A DNA stretch of 64,000 bases from Betaproteobacteria bacterium (lineage in GTDB: Bacteria > Pseudomonadota > Gammaproteobacteria > Burkholderiales > SG8-39). The position numbers and the translations under genes are program-made. Below, piece by piece: positions 51,754-61,538 of the stretch; the stretch's first letter is position 1, and each line of letters opens with the position of its first letter. Below the pieces are notes generated by a model, which saw only the letters and a list, made by a program, of their open reading frames with translations, made no database searches and was not told the origin of the DNA. The stretch covers positions 2,746-66,745 of the forward strand of contig CANJJT010000010.1 in NCBI GenBank assembly GCA_947474715.1, read 5' to 3'.

Positions 51754-52722
51754 TCACTGAGCAGAGATCCCAGCCTGCTTCACCACCCGCCGCCATTTTG
51801 CAAGTTCCGCGCTGATCTGACTGCGGAAGACTTCCGAGCTGGTGTTCATGGGCTCTAGTCCCATATCGGTCATGCGTTTTCTGAACTCGGCATTACGCAT
51901 CGAATCGGCCAACGCTTCAGTGAGTCGATCCAATGGTTCGCGGGCCGTGCCGGAAGGTACCAGGATGCCAAACCAGGATGTGACGTCATAGCCTTTGACC
52001 CCACCTTCGGCCACGGTGGGAATGTCGGGTGCAAGTGGCGTTCGCTCGGGCCCTGCCACCCCCAGGCCGCGCAATTCCCCGGAACGGATCCGCGGCAGCG
52101 CGGTGGCAATGTTCTCGAAACTTGCCGAAAGGCCCCCGGCCAGCAACAGGTTGGAGGCAGGGCCTGAGCCCTTGAAGGGCACGTGCACGATGTCCACCCC
52201 GGCTTCGTATTTGAACAGTTCCATCGCCAGGTGCGAGGTGGTGCCCGCGCCCGCGCTGCCATAGTTGAGCTTGCCAGGAGCAGACTTGGCCAGTGCAATG
52301 AATTCAGCCACGCTGCCGGCCTTGACGCTCGGATGCACCGATAGCACGAAGGTCAGCCGCGCCAGCAGGCTCACCGGAGTGAAGTCTTTCTCCGGGTCGT
52401 AGGAAATCTTCGCATGCAATACTGGATTGACGGTAATGACGCCCTGGTACCCCAGCAGCAGAGTGTGGCCATCGGCCGCGGCACGCGCCACGCTCTCGGT
52501 CCCGATCAGTCCCCCGGCACCGGCATTGTTGGTCACGATCACCGGCCTCTTGAAGCGCAATTCCAGTTCCCGCGCAATCATGCGCCCGAAGATGTCAGTG
52601 GCTCCACCGGGTGCCGAAGGCACCACCAGGCTAACCGTCCTGGCTGGATAGGATTGGGCGGCTGCATGACCACCCGAAATCATGAGTGCTGCCATTACAA
52701 CAGCGATCAGAAAGCGTTTCAT
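51754..52722 (-). CDS. Bug family (TctC-like) substrate-binding protein
   Basis: Signal peptide. …YPARTVSLVVPSAPGGATD…, …VPFKGSGPASNLLLAGGL…. Confidence 0.85.
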   Translation of the reverse strand: MKRFLIAVVMAALMISGGHAAAQSYPARTVSLVVPSAPGGATDIFGRMIARELELRFKRPVIVTNNAGAGGLIGTESVARAAADGHTLLLGYQGVITVNPVLHAKISYDPEKDFTPVSLLARLTFVLSVHPSVKAGSVAEFIALAKSAPGKLNYGSAGAGTTSHLAMELFKYEAGVDIVHVPFKGSGPASNLLLAGGLSASFENIATALPRIRSGELRGLGVAGPERTPLAPDIPTVAEGGVKGYDVTSWFGILVPSGTAREPLDRLTEALADSMRNAEFRKRMTDMGLEPMNTSSEVFRSQISAELAKWRRVVKQAGISAQ

Positions 52723-52768
52723 CGTTTCCTCACGGAGTGAATTTCTGTTTGCACGGCATCAACAGGCT

Positions 52769-53770
52769 CTAGTCCAGTTGCAGCTTGAGTGGCCGGATCA
52801 CTCTTGCCCAGGCCTCGGCATCGCGCTTGATATAGCGATCGAATTCCTCAGGGGATGCCGATGAGACAGCCACGCCACCGCTGGCGATGATCCTGGTCTG
52901 GAACTCCTGCGACGCGACCACCTTCACCGTTTCGGCATGGAGGCGATCTACCACTGGGCGCGGCAAAGCAGCCTGCCCGAGCAGGCCCCACCAGGTCTCG
53001 CCGACGATCGCCAGGCCTTGTTCCTTCAGTGTCGGAATATCAGGCGCACCGGGCAGCCGCTCGGCCGAGGTCACGCCCAGAATGTTGATCTTACCGGCAC
53101 GGAATTGCGGCAGGGAGGTGGCTACGGCATCGAAATACAGCTGGGTCTGGCCTCCAATCAGGTCGGTGATCGCCTGCGCGCTGCCCTTATAGGGAATGTC
53201 GGTCATGGGTTTGCCGACAATCTGTTCCAGCATCTTGCCCAGCAGATGGGTGTTCCCGCCGGCACCCAGCGTGGCATAGTTGACCTTCTCCGGATTGGCG
53301 CGAATGTACTCGACCAGTTCCTTCGGATTCTTCGCCAGTACGCTGCGCGACACGCTAAGTGAATACGGCACGGTTGCCGCAAGCGAAATGGGGAAGAAGT
53401 TGTCTACCTTGTAAGGGACATTCTTGTACATCATCGGGTTGGTATAGAGCTGTCCAACGTGGATCATCAGCGTATAGCCATCCGCCAGCGCCGAGGCGAC
53501 GGCGGCGGCGGCGATCATGGTGCTCCCCCCGGGCTTGTGATCGACAACGATGGTCTGCCCCAGGCTCTCGCCCATGCGTGTGGCGAGTATGCGCGCGATC
53601 AGGTCGGTGGTGCCCCCAGGAGGGTGCGGCAACACCAGCTTGACTGGTTTTGACGGATAGGCCTGGGCAAAGCCGGGCGAAGGGGCGACGGCCAAACCAG
53701 CCGCCACTGCAAGGGACAATGCACCGAAACCCCATGATCCTGCACGAACCACCTGTCGTTCTTGATTCAT
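52769..53770 (-). CDS. Bug family (TctC-like) substrate-binding protein
   Basis: GGAGGG RBS before MNQERQ… …YPSKPVKLVLPHPPGGTTD…, …IPYKGSAQAITDLIGGQT…. Confidence 0.85.
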   Translation of the reverse strand: MNQERQVVRAGSWGFGALSLAVAAGLAVAPSPGFAQAYPSKPVKLVLPHPPGGTTDLIARILATRMGESLGQTIVVDHKPGGSTMIAAAAVASALADGYTLMIHVGQLYTNPMMYKNVPYKVDNFFPISLAATVPYSLSVSRSVLAKNPKELVEYIRANPEKVNYATLGAGGNTHLLGKMLEQIVGKPMTDIPYKGSAQAITDLIGGQTQLYFDAVATSLPQFRAGKINILGVTSAERLPGAPDIPTLKEQGLAIVGETWWGLLGQAALPRPVVDRLHAETVKVVASQEFQTRIIASGGVAVSSASPEEFDRYIKRDAEAWARVIRPLKLQLD

Positions 53771-53846
53771 GATGAAACCCTCCATGTATGGTCTACCCAC
53801 AAAACAATCTCTTCCAGAAACGTTCGTCCTGCCGCTTGCACCCGAA

Positions 53847-54740
53847 TCATCCGGTTCCCGGCGGTGCAATGAAGGCCGCAAGATGCCTCTCGACAAACGC
53901 CTCCCACCGCGTACCCGGTGCTCCAGTCACCTCGCGCACGGTATCGTATGCATGGTCAGCACGAAAACTGCCGCCAACCTGCAGTTGCACCACGCTCTCG
54001 GCCAATGCCGTTGCATAGGTCGACTCCATGCCGCCTCTCAGAATCGCCGGCAGGAATTCCTCGCAGGGTCGCGCATCCACGCCATAGTTGGTTCCGGTCA
54101 CCCGCGAAATGGTCGCCGCTACCTGCGCCATGGTGAGCACCTCCTCCGACAAGCGGTAGGCCTTGCCCGCATGCCGTTGCGGATTACCCAGCGCCAGGGC
54201 AGCCACCCGGGCAATATCCTCCACGTCGATCCAGCCGATCGGCGCCGAGCCGTAGTGGTGGCGCAGCACCCTTTTTTCCGGGCGCAGCCCGATGAGGATG
54301 TTCTGCATGAAGGCATTGGGCTGCAGATGGGTGAACCCCAGGCCCAGCCATTCGATGTAGCTTTCGACATAGGCATGCCACACATAATGGGCAAGGCGGG
54401 TGCCTGGCTCGGCCAGCGCCCCCAGGTGCACCACATGCGCCACCCCGGCCCGCTTTGCCGCATCCAGCACAGTCTTGCTCTGCACCAGCATGTGCACACT
54501 GTATCCGGTAGCAAGAAAGAGGCGGTCGATCCCGGTCATTGCGGCCGCCACAGAAGCCGCGTCATCGAAATCCAGGTGCACTGTGACTACGCCCAGCGAC
54601 TGGAAGTGGCTGCGCTGCTTCTCGTTGCGCGCCGAGGCGACCAGCCGCGCCCCGCCCACTGCCTGCAACGGCAACAGATGCCGCAGCACGGCAGAGCCCA
54701 CCACGCCGCTCGCGCCGGTCACCAATATTGACGGGGGCAT
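53847..54740 (-). CDS. NmrA-like / atypical SDR NAD(P)-binding protein
   Basis: Start chosen at MPPSILVTGASGVVGSAV (Rossmann GxxGxxG). No classical SDR YxxxK motif was evident. Confidence 0.6.
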   Translation of the reverse strand: MPPSILVTGASGVVGSAVLRHLLPLQAVGGARLVASARNEKQRSHFQSLGVVTVHLDFDDAASVAAAMTGIDRLFLATGYSVHMLVQSKTVLDAAKRAGVAHVVHLGALAEPGTRLAHYVWHAYVESYIEWLGLGFTHLQPNAFMQNILIGLRPEKRVLRHHYGSAPIGWIDVEDIARVAALALGNPQRHAGKAYRLSEEVLTMAQVAATISRVTGTNYGVDARPCEEFLPAILRGGMESTYATALAESVVQLQVGGSFRADHAYDTVREVTGAPGTRWEAFVERHLAAFIAPPGTG

Positions 54741-54830
54741 CGCATTCTCATTGAGTAGCAGTTCCCCGGACACTCTCGAGGGCCTGGCAGATGGTCAAAG
54801 GGAATCGACTGCCTCTCACTCAGCGATTTT

Positions 54831-55961
54831 CTAAACATCCAACTCGCACTCCTGTCGGGTAAAGGGAGCATAGCGCGCGCGCTGTACGGGGCTGCTCCCT
54901 AGCCACGCAGACAGGGTCAGTGCCCGCTTGAAATACAGGCCGATGTCGCAATCATCGGTGGTGCCGATGCCGCCATGCAGCTGAATCGATTCGCGCGTGA
55001 TGCGCAAGCACGCATCGTTGCAGCGGGCCTTGGCCCGCGCGATAATCCTCGTGCGCTCGTCTTTGCGAGGTTCCCGGTCCAACACCTCGGCCGCCTCAGC
55101 GGCAACCGCTGCCGCCAGTTCCTGCTGCATGAACAGGTCCACCGCCTTGTGCTGCAGCGCCTGGAAACTGCCAATGGGCTTGCCGAATTGCACCCGATGT
55201 CGCATGTATTCGGTGGTAATGTCGAGCGCGGCGCGCATGACGCCGACCATCTCGGCACAGGCCATCGCCGCCGCCTCGTCTATGGCGCGTTCCAGGGCCT
55301 GCTTACCAGCGCCAGCCATGTTCTCCTGAGGCACGGTGGCATTGTCGAGAGCGAGCATGGCACCAGGCGTCCCATCGGCACGCCATTGCATCTGCAATTT
55401 GAGGCCTGGCGTATCACGGGGCACCCAGACCAGCACCACGTCCTCCGCCCGCTTCGCGCTCACGACGAACCCTCCCGCCTCAGCAAAAGCCACAAACTGC
55501 TTTCCGCCTGTGAGTGAGACCAGACCCTTGTCCACCGTGGCCAAGGTCTGGATGGCTTGCGGATCAAGCGTTCCGGGCCTTTCCTGCCAGGCAAGGCTGG
55601 CCGTGATCGTACCCTCAGCAATGCCGGGAATCAGTTTTTGCTTCAAGGCTTCATTGTCACAATGAAGAATGGCCCGCCCTGCGAGCACTGCGCCTGGTAC
55701 CAGCGGGTCTGCAATCAATCCCCGACCCAGTTCCTCCAGAATCACGCCCATGGCGGAAAAACCGGTTGCCGAACCGCCCAGCGACTCGGGAAAGAGCACG
55801 CCATTCCAGCCCAGCCCGGCAAACTGCGCGATCACGTCGCGGGCATGGCCCGGCAGCGTCTCGCGCATCTGGCGCAGCCGGCGATGGTCAGTGTGCTGGC
55901 GGGTGAACGTGCGCGCCTGGTCGCGCAGCAGGTCCAGTTCTTCAGCGGATGGTGCATTCAT
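54831..55961 (-). CDS. Acyl-CoA dehydrogenase family protein, beta-like subunit (lacks obvious FAD-binding motifs)
   Basis: ACAD fold with C-terminal …IQLHGGIGTTDDCDIGLYFKRA… The SEPxAGSD and W(I/T)(T/S) FAD-contact motifs found in its neighbour are absent. Confidence 0.8.
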   Translation of the reverse strand: MNAPSAEELDLLRDQARTFTRQHTDHRRLRQMRETLPGHARDVIAQFAGLGWNGVLFPESLGGSATGFSAMGVILEELGRGLIADPLVPGAVLAGRAILHCDNEALKQKLIPGIAEGTITASLAWQERPGTLDPQAIQTLATVDKGLVSLTGGKQFVAFAEAGGFVVSAKRAEDVVLVWVPRDTPGLKLQMQWRADGTPGAMLALDNATVPQENMAGAGKQALERAIDEAAAMACAEMVGVMRAALDITTEYMRHRVQFGKPIGSFQALQHKAVDLFMQQELAAAVAAEAAEVLDREPRKDERTRIIARAKARCNDACLRITRESIQLHGGIGTTDDCDIGLYFKRALTLSAWLGSSPVQRARYAPFTRQECELDV

Positions 55962-55974
55962 CGAAAACTTCTCC

Positions 55975-57141
55975 TTACGAGGGCAGATTCAGCACGCCCT
56001 TGGCCATGATATTGCGCTGGATCTGGTTGGACCCGCCGTAGATCGTCCAGGACCTAGCCTCTAGAAACGGATAGAGCAGTTCGATCGACTCGTCCCCGAA
56101 CTGCACATCCCCCATCAGGCCACCGCACTCATCAGCCGTTTCCATCATCAGTTCACCCACGCGCTGGCAGGTTTCAGTGGCCCATACCTTCAACAGGGAG
56201 GCTTCCGGCCCCAGCGGCTTGCCGTCCTTGAGCGTTCGGGCCATGCGCTCATAGGCCGAATTGAGATCCATCACATCGAAGGTGATCTGCGTCAGACGGT
56301 CCACGAAGGCCGGGTCCTCCAGCTTGCCGGTGAGCCTGGCAATGCGGCGAAGCTTGAACAGGAAAGTCATGGACTGTCGCGACGACCCCGAGAACAGGCG
56401 CTCGTAACCCAGCTGCGCCCGTGCCACGTTCCAGCCGTTGTTGATTTCGCCCACGAGATTGCGCACAGGCGTGGTGGCATTGTCGAAGAACACGGCGCAC
56501 TGCTCTTCCTGCATGTTGAGGCTCTTGAACGGGCGCACGGTGATGCCCGGCTGGCGCATGTCCACCAGTAGGAAGCTGATGCCCGCCTGTTTCTTCACCG
56601 ATTTGTTGCTGCGCACCAGCATGAAAATGTGGGTCGCATCGAAGGCTGAACTGGTCCACAGCTTCTGACCGTTGATCACGAACTCGTCGCCACGCAGTTC
56701 CGCCTCGGTGCGCAGGCTTGCAAGGTCGGAGCCGGCATTCGGTTCGGAATAACCCTGGCACCAGGTGTGTTCCCCGGCAAGGATTTTGGGCAGGTACTCC
56801 TCGCGCTGCGCGTCGGTGCCCTGCAGTATGAGGATCGGGGCGAGCGTGTTGACTCCCGAGTCCCTCAGCCGGGGGCAGCCCAGACGCTCCATCTCCTCGA
56901 CATAGATGAGGTACTTGGAGGGCGACAGCTCCATGCCGCCGTATCGGCGCGGCCATACCGGCGCCAGCCAGCCGGCCCGCGACAGGTGCAGATACCAGCC
57001 ACGGGATTCAGCCGCTCTGGGGCGGAGCCTGGCATTGCGAAGCTCCTGCGGGCACTGGTCGAACAAGGCCGCAGCCCTGTCGCGAAATGCCTCGTCCGAC
57101 AATACATTCCAGTCGGTATCCACATGCGCGAACTGCATCAC
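55975..57141 (-). CDS. Acyl-CoA dehydrogenase, alpha-like subunit
   Basis: GYSEPNAGSDLASL, NGQKLWTSSA, C-terminal TIYGGSNQIQRNIMA. Separated by 13 nt from the downstream ACAD gene. Confidence 0.85.
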   Translation of the reverse strand: MMQFAHVDTDWNVLSDEAFRDRAAALFDQCPQELRNARLRPRAAESRGWYLHLSRAGWLAPVWPRRYGGMELSPSKYLIYVEEMERLGCPRLRDSGVNTLAPILILQGTDAQREEYLPKILAGEHTWCQGYSEPNAGSDLASLRTEAELRGDEFVINGQKLWTSSAFDATHIFMLVRSNKSVKKQAGISFLLVDMRQPGITVRPFKSLNMQEEQCAVFFDNATTPVRNLVGEINNGWNVARAQLGYERLFSGSSRQSMTFLFKLRRIARLTGKLEDPAFVDRLTQITFDVMDLNSAYERMARTLKDGKPLGPEASLLKVWATETCQRVGELMMETADECGGLMGDVQFGDESIELLYPFLEARSWTIYGGSNQIQRNIMAKGVLNLPS

Positions 57142-57196
57142 TCCTCCTTCTTTTGCTGCGCCCGCCCAGCCCGCTTGCGGACGCGGTCAGCGGACA

Positions 57197-59368
57197 TCAG
57201 TCCCGGTCAGCAACAGGGGCGGCCTTTGCCTTCACAATCAGTGCATCCACGGCAACGAGTCTGGAGCCGGAACAAATGACCGGGTTGACATCGATTTCCT
57301 CGATCACTTCGGCGTGATCGGCGATCAGTTCAGACATGCGTGAGATGATGTCGGCCAGCCGCAGCTTGTCGACCGGGGCGATGCCACGAAACCCGTCCAG
57401 CACCTTGCGCGCGCCGATGTTCCCGATCATGACCATGGCCTGGTCGCGCCCCACCGGCGCCAGCTCGACGACAACATCCCTGAGGACTTCCACGAAAATT
57501 CCGCCAAGACCGACGAGTATCAGGGGGCCGAATACGGGGTCCACGCGGGCACCCACCATCACCTCGACACCATCGGGGGCCATTTCCTGCACCAGCACAC
57601 CATTGATTCTGGGCGGCGGTGTGATCCTCCCGGCCCGCGCCATGATGTCCTCATAGGCCTCGCTGATTTCCTGACTGGATTGAAGATTGAGCCGCACCAG
57701 TCCGGCATCGGACTTGTGCAGGACATCTGGCGATTCGATCTTCAACACCACCCGCGATTGCCGGCCCTGGGCCCAGGCCACCGCCTCTTCGACCTTGTGC
57801 ACGAGCACTTCATCGGTGACGGGCACGCCATAGAGCTGCAGCAACTGCTTCGACTCGCGCTCGGTCAGGTTGCTGTTGGGGGATGCCTCGATCATGCGTC
57901 GTCCCTGGCTTGCCGCGTCCGCGGAAACGGTGCGAACGGCAGGCGCCCGGGTCCTTACACCCACCACCCGCTCGCTCCAGCGATGCCATGCGGCTACGGC
58001 CTGCATGCAGGCGTCCATGGAGTGGAACACCGCGATGTTCTCGTCGGCCTCCAGTTCCTCGCTGCCCCAGCCGCTGTGCCAGTCGCTCACCCACACCGCG
58101 AGGGCGATTTTGCCGTAGTCCCGGGCTGCCTTGCCAAATTCCGTGATGAGATTGCCGGCACTCTTCTTCGCATAGAAAAAGGGCAGCGCCACCGCGCCAT
58201 ACTCGGGCGCCTCGAACATGGCCCGGATGCAGTTGACCAGCATCATCGGGTTGCTGCGCACCTGCGCCGTGACATCACAGGGATTCCTCGCTGCGCCAAA
58301 CTCGGGCACCAGCTCATCCAGCCTGGCCTGCAATACAGGCCCCGGCTGCGGCATGGGCACCCCACGCGCCTCGGCCTGGTCGGCTGCCAGCACGGCAAAA
58401 CCACCTGAGGAAGAGACGGCGGCGACACCACGCGCCTTGGGCATCCCCGCCTTGGCAAAGAAAGCGGCCGTCTCCACCAGCGTGTGGTAATCGGGCACCA
58501 CCACCGCACCCATCCTTTCCAGTGCAGCCATGTACCCGGCACTCGACGCAGCCAGCGACCCGGTGTGCGACACGGCGGCCGTGGCACCCTCGCTCCCGGA
58601 GGCGAACTTGAAGGCGATCAGCGGCTTTCCGGCACACAGCGCCCGCTCACCAGCCTCGATCAGCCGGGCAGGATTCTCCACTCCCTCGAAGGCCAGCGCA
58701 ATGGCGCTGCAGGCGTCATCATCCACAAGATAGCTGACCAGATCTGCAACATCGACATCGCAGGAGTTCCCGGCCGACAGTGAATGGCTGATGGCCACGC
58801 CCCGATTGACCGACTGGGTGAGTGCATTGCACACGCCGCCTGACTGGCTGACGATGCCGATCGCACCCTTGTTGATCCGCGCATAGCGAACCTCGGGTGT
58901 GAAAGATAGAGAGAACCGCCGCTGGTGGTGGATGATGCCGATCGAATTGGGACCGATGATGCGAAGCCCGGTGCGCCGCGCGATGTCGGCCAGACGCTGC
59001 TGCTCGGCAATGCGGTCCGGACGACCTGTTTCGCCATAGCCAGCGGCGTAGATCACGACCCCGCCCACGCCCAGCGCAGCACACTCCTCGACCAGCGGCT
59101 CGACCGCCTCCCGGCCCACCGTGATCACCACACAATCGGGCACCGACGGCAGCGAGGAGAGCGACGGATGGCAGATGCGCTCGCCGATCCGGTCGTACTT
59201 GGCGTTGACCAGGAACACATCGCCGTCGAAGGTGGTGAGGTTTTCCATGGACGAACCGCCGAAGGAATTCGACTTCGGCGTTGCGCCGACAATGGCAACA
59301 CTGCGCGGGTTCAGAACCCTTTCAAGATCCCCTCGACGATAGGTGTTGCGTCGGCCCTGCAGGATCAT
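57197..59368 (-). CDS. NDP-forming acyl-CoA synthetase (fused CoA-binding/ligase-CoA + ATP-grasp domains; acetate--CoA ligase family)
   Basis: 723 aa. N-terminal …PRSVAIVGATPK…, …IIGPNSIGI…, and a C-terminal ATP-grasp portion (…ERESKQLLQLYGVPV…). Confidence 0.8.
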   Translation of the reverse strand: MILQGRRNTYRRGDLERVLNPRSVAIVGATPKSNSFGGSSMENLTTFDGDVFLVNAKYDRIGERICHPSLSSLPSVPDCVVITVGREAVEPLVEECAALGVGGVVIYAAGYGETGRPDRIAEQQRLADIARRTGLRIIGPNSIGIIHHQRRFSLSFTPEVRYARINKGAIGIVSQSGGVCNALTQSVNRGVAISHSLSAGNSCDVDVADLVSYLVDDDACSAIALAFEGVENPARLIEAGERALCAGKPLIAFKFASGSEGATAAVSHTGSLAASSAGYMAALERMGAVVVPDYHTLVETAAFFAKAGMPKARGVAAVSSSGGFAVLAADQAEARGVPMPQPGPVLQARLDELVPEFGAARNPCDVTAQVRSNPMMLVNCIRAMFEAPEYGAVALPFFYAKKSAGNLITEFGKAARDYGKIALAVWVSDWHSGWGSEELEADENIAVFHSMDACMQAVAAWHRWSERVVGVRTRAPAVRTVSADAASQGRRMIEASPNSNLTERESKQLLQLYGVPVTDEVLVHKVEEAVAWAQGRQSRVVLKIESPDVLHKSDAGLVRLNLQSSQEISEAYEDIMARAGRITPPPRINGVLVQEMAPDGVEVMVGARVDPVFGPLILVGLGGIFVEVLRDVVVELAPVGRDQAMVMIGNIGARKVLDGFRGIAPVDKLRLADIISRMSELIADHAEVIEEIDVNPVICSGSRLVAVDALIVKAKAAPVADRD

Positions 59369-59469
59369 GGCCGCCGCTCCGCGTGTGTCGACGCCCCGAT
59401 TGCAGGGACATCGGGGGCACTGCCTGCGGCAACCTTGCCATGGTCAATCCCTTCAACCGCCACGCTCAA

Positions 59470-60450
59470 CTAGTTGTCTCCCTGGAACTCGATCTTCGAA
59501 TCCTTGATGACCTTGGACCAGAGGTCATAGTTGAACTTCAGTACTTTGGCCAGATCATCTGCCGATCCGGTAACTGGTGAAACGCCAACCTTGTTCATCT
59601 GCTGCAGCGTGGAAGGCAGCTTCACCACCGCCTGGATATCGGCATTGAGACGATTCACCAGAGCCGGTGGAATGCCCTTGGGGCCGGCAATCCCATAGAA
59701 ACTAGGCGCATAAAAATCGGGCTGCCCCGATTCGATCACCGTGGAAATGTCCGGCGCAAGCGGCGAGCGGGCGAGCTCAGCCACCGCGATCGCCCTCAGC
59801 TTGCCGGTGCGCACCAGGGGCAGCGAGCTGCCCACCGAATCCCAGCGCATGTGCACGACGCCCCCCAGCAGATCGGTCAGGGCCTGGTTGGAACCCTTGT
59901 AGGGGATGGCGAGAATGTTGGTCCCTGCACGGGCGTTGAACAGCTCGCCGATCAGGTGGGCTGGTCCGCCGACGGCCGTCACTGCATAGCTCAGCTTTCC
60001 CGAATTCGCTCGGGCGTAGCCGATGAGGTCGCGAATGTTCTGTATGGGCAGGGAATTGTTCACCACCAGCATCAGCGGTGAATCGGACACCTGGGCAATC
60101 GGGGTCATGATGGTATTCGGGTCCGGCAGCTTCTTCAGCGCCGCACGCGAAGCGTTCGTCGCGAACACGACCATGAGGGTGTGGCCATCCGGCGGAGACC
60201 TGAGCACGAAATCCACCCCGATGTCGGTACCGCCTCCAGGCCTGTTGTCGATGACAACCGACTCCTTGTAGCGCTCGCGCAGCCCTTCGCCGACGATGCG
60301 TCCTACGAGGTCAGTGGCCCCGCCAGGCGAAAATGCCACCACAATGCGCACCGGCCGGTTCGGAAACAGCCGTTCCTGTGCAAATAGTGCCGGAGCAGCC
60401 AACATACCGGCCAATAGCGTGATGACTCGCAGTCGATGACTTTGTCTCAC
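59470..60450 (-). CDS. Bug family (TctC-like) substrate-binding protein
   Basis: GTG start after a GGAGGAG RBS. Signal peptide. …FPNRPVRIVVAFSPGGATD…, …IPYKGSNQALTDLLGGVV…. Confidence 0.85.
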   Translation of the reverse strand: MRQSHRLRVITLLAGMLAAPALFAQERLFPNRPVRIVVAFSPGGATDLVGRIVGEGLRERYKESVVIDNRPGGGTDIGVDFVLRSPPDGHTLMVVFATNASRAALKKLPDPNTIMTPIAQVSDSPLMLVVNNSLPIQNIRDLIGYARANSGKLSYAVTAVGGPAHLIGELFNARAGTNILAIPYKGSNQALTDLLGGVVHMRWDSVGSSLPLVRTGKLRAIAVAELARSPLAPDISTVIESGQPDFYAPSFYGIAGPKGIPPALVNRLNADIQAVVKLPSTLQQMNKVGVSPVTGSADDLAKVLKFNYDLWSKVIKDSKIEFQGDN

Positions 60451-60541
60451 AGGATCTCCTCCAGGCCAAGTGTGGATCTCATCCGACATACCCTCACATT
60501 GCGACGCAACAATTTCGCGGGGTCGTCGAACTGCCCACATC

Positions 60542-60555
60542 GTATGTTTTTATAC
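60542..60555. promoter_or_regulatory. Candidate GntR-type operator (GTAT-N6-ATAC) in the AT-rich divergent promoter region
   Basis: GTATGTTTTTATAC lies within the only AT-rich stretch between the divergent Bug and crotonase genes. It fits the loose GT-Nx-AC GntR consensus. A GntR gene lies at the end of the island. Confidence 0.2.
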
Positions 60556-60687
60556 TATTATTAAAACAAGCACCCTGTCAAAGCATCAGACGGGGAATGA
60601 CATGATGCAGGCTGCCTCATTCAGCACAGACTATGCTGTCCTCAAGCAAACCCGGCGCATGCAAACGCGCCCCCCTGATCGGAGTGC

Positions 60688-61449
60688 ATGGTGGGAGTCC
60701 GAGTAGAGCGGGATGGGCCAGCCTGTCTGGTAATCCTCGACTGGCCGGAGCGCAAGAATGCGCTGGGGCCTCAGGATGCCGATGCCATTTCACAGGCATT
60801 GCAGCAAGCGACTTTGGCCCCGGATGTTCATGGCGTAGTGCTCACCGGCGAAGGCGCCTTCTGCGCAGGCGTGAATCTCAAGGACACGCTAGAGCGCGCC
60901 GCCATGTCGCCCGAGGAACGCCGCCAGATGGTGTACCGCAGTTTCCAGGGATTGATGCGGACACTGATCGCGGTGCCGGTGCCCACCATCGCCGCCATCG
61001 ACGGCCCGGCCGTGGGCTCCGGATTCGACCTGGCGCTTGCCTGCGACAGCCGCTTCATCGGACCAGCCGGCTGGTGCATGCAGGGCTGGGGCCGGCTCGG
61101 TTTCGTCCCGGGCACGGGCGGTGAACTGCTGATGCGCAGACTCGCCCCCAATGCCCTGTGGTCCTTGCTTGAGGCTCAGCCCCGCATTGGGGCCGATCTG
61201 GCCGAGAAGCTGGGACTGGGCGAGGCAAGCGGTGAGATGAGCGCGCGGCAACGGGCCGTCACTCGCGTTGCCGCCCTGGCAAAGAGCCTCTCGCGCCAGG
61301 CGCTGGAAGCTTATGTCGAACTTTATCGATCCGAGCTGCGCACGCAACTGGAGCCGCATCTGGAAGCTGCGAGGGAACACCAGGTCCACCTGCAGGTTGC
61401 CGCCGGGCTGAGGAAGCGGGTCGAAAGTGTTTTGGGCAAGGCCACGTAA
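60688..61449 (+). CDS. Enoyl-CoA hydratase/isomerase family protein (tandem paralog 1)
   Basis: …LVILDWPERKNA…VVLTGEGAFCAGVNLK…AAIDGPAVGSGFDLALACDSRFIG…. Confidence 0.8.
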   Translation: MVGVRVERDGPACLVILDWPERKNALGPQDADAISQALQQATLAPDVHGVVLTGEGAFCAGVNLKDTLERAAMSPEERRQMVYRSFQGLMRTLIAVPVPTIAAIDGPAVGSGFDLALACDSRFIGPAGWCMQGWGRLGFVPGTGGELLMRRLAPNALWSLLEAQPRIGADLAEKLGLGEASGEMSARQRAVTRVAALAKSLSRQALEAYVELYRSELRTQLEPHLEAAREHQVHLQVAAGLRKRVESVLGKAT

Positions 61450-61538
61450 CACGCAACATTAAACAACGGCAGCGTTGATCACGGTCCGGCATCCGCGGAA
61501 CGCGGGTGCTCCAGCAAAAGGTCACAAGGGAGGATGCA

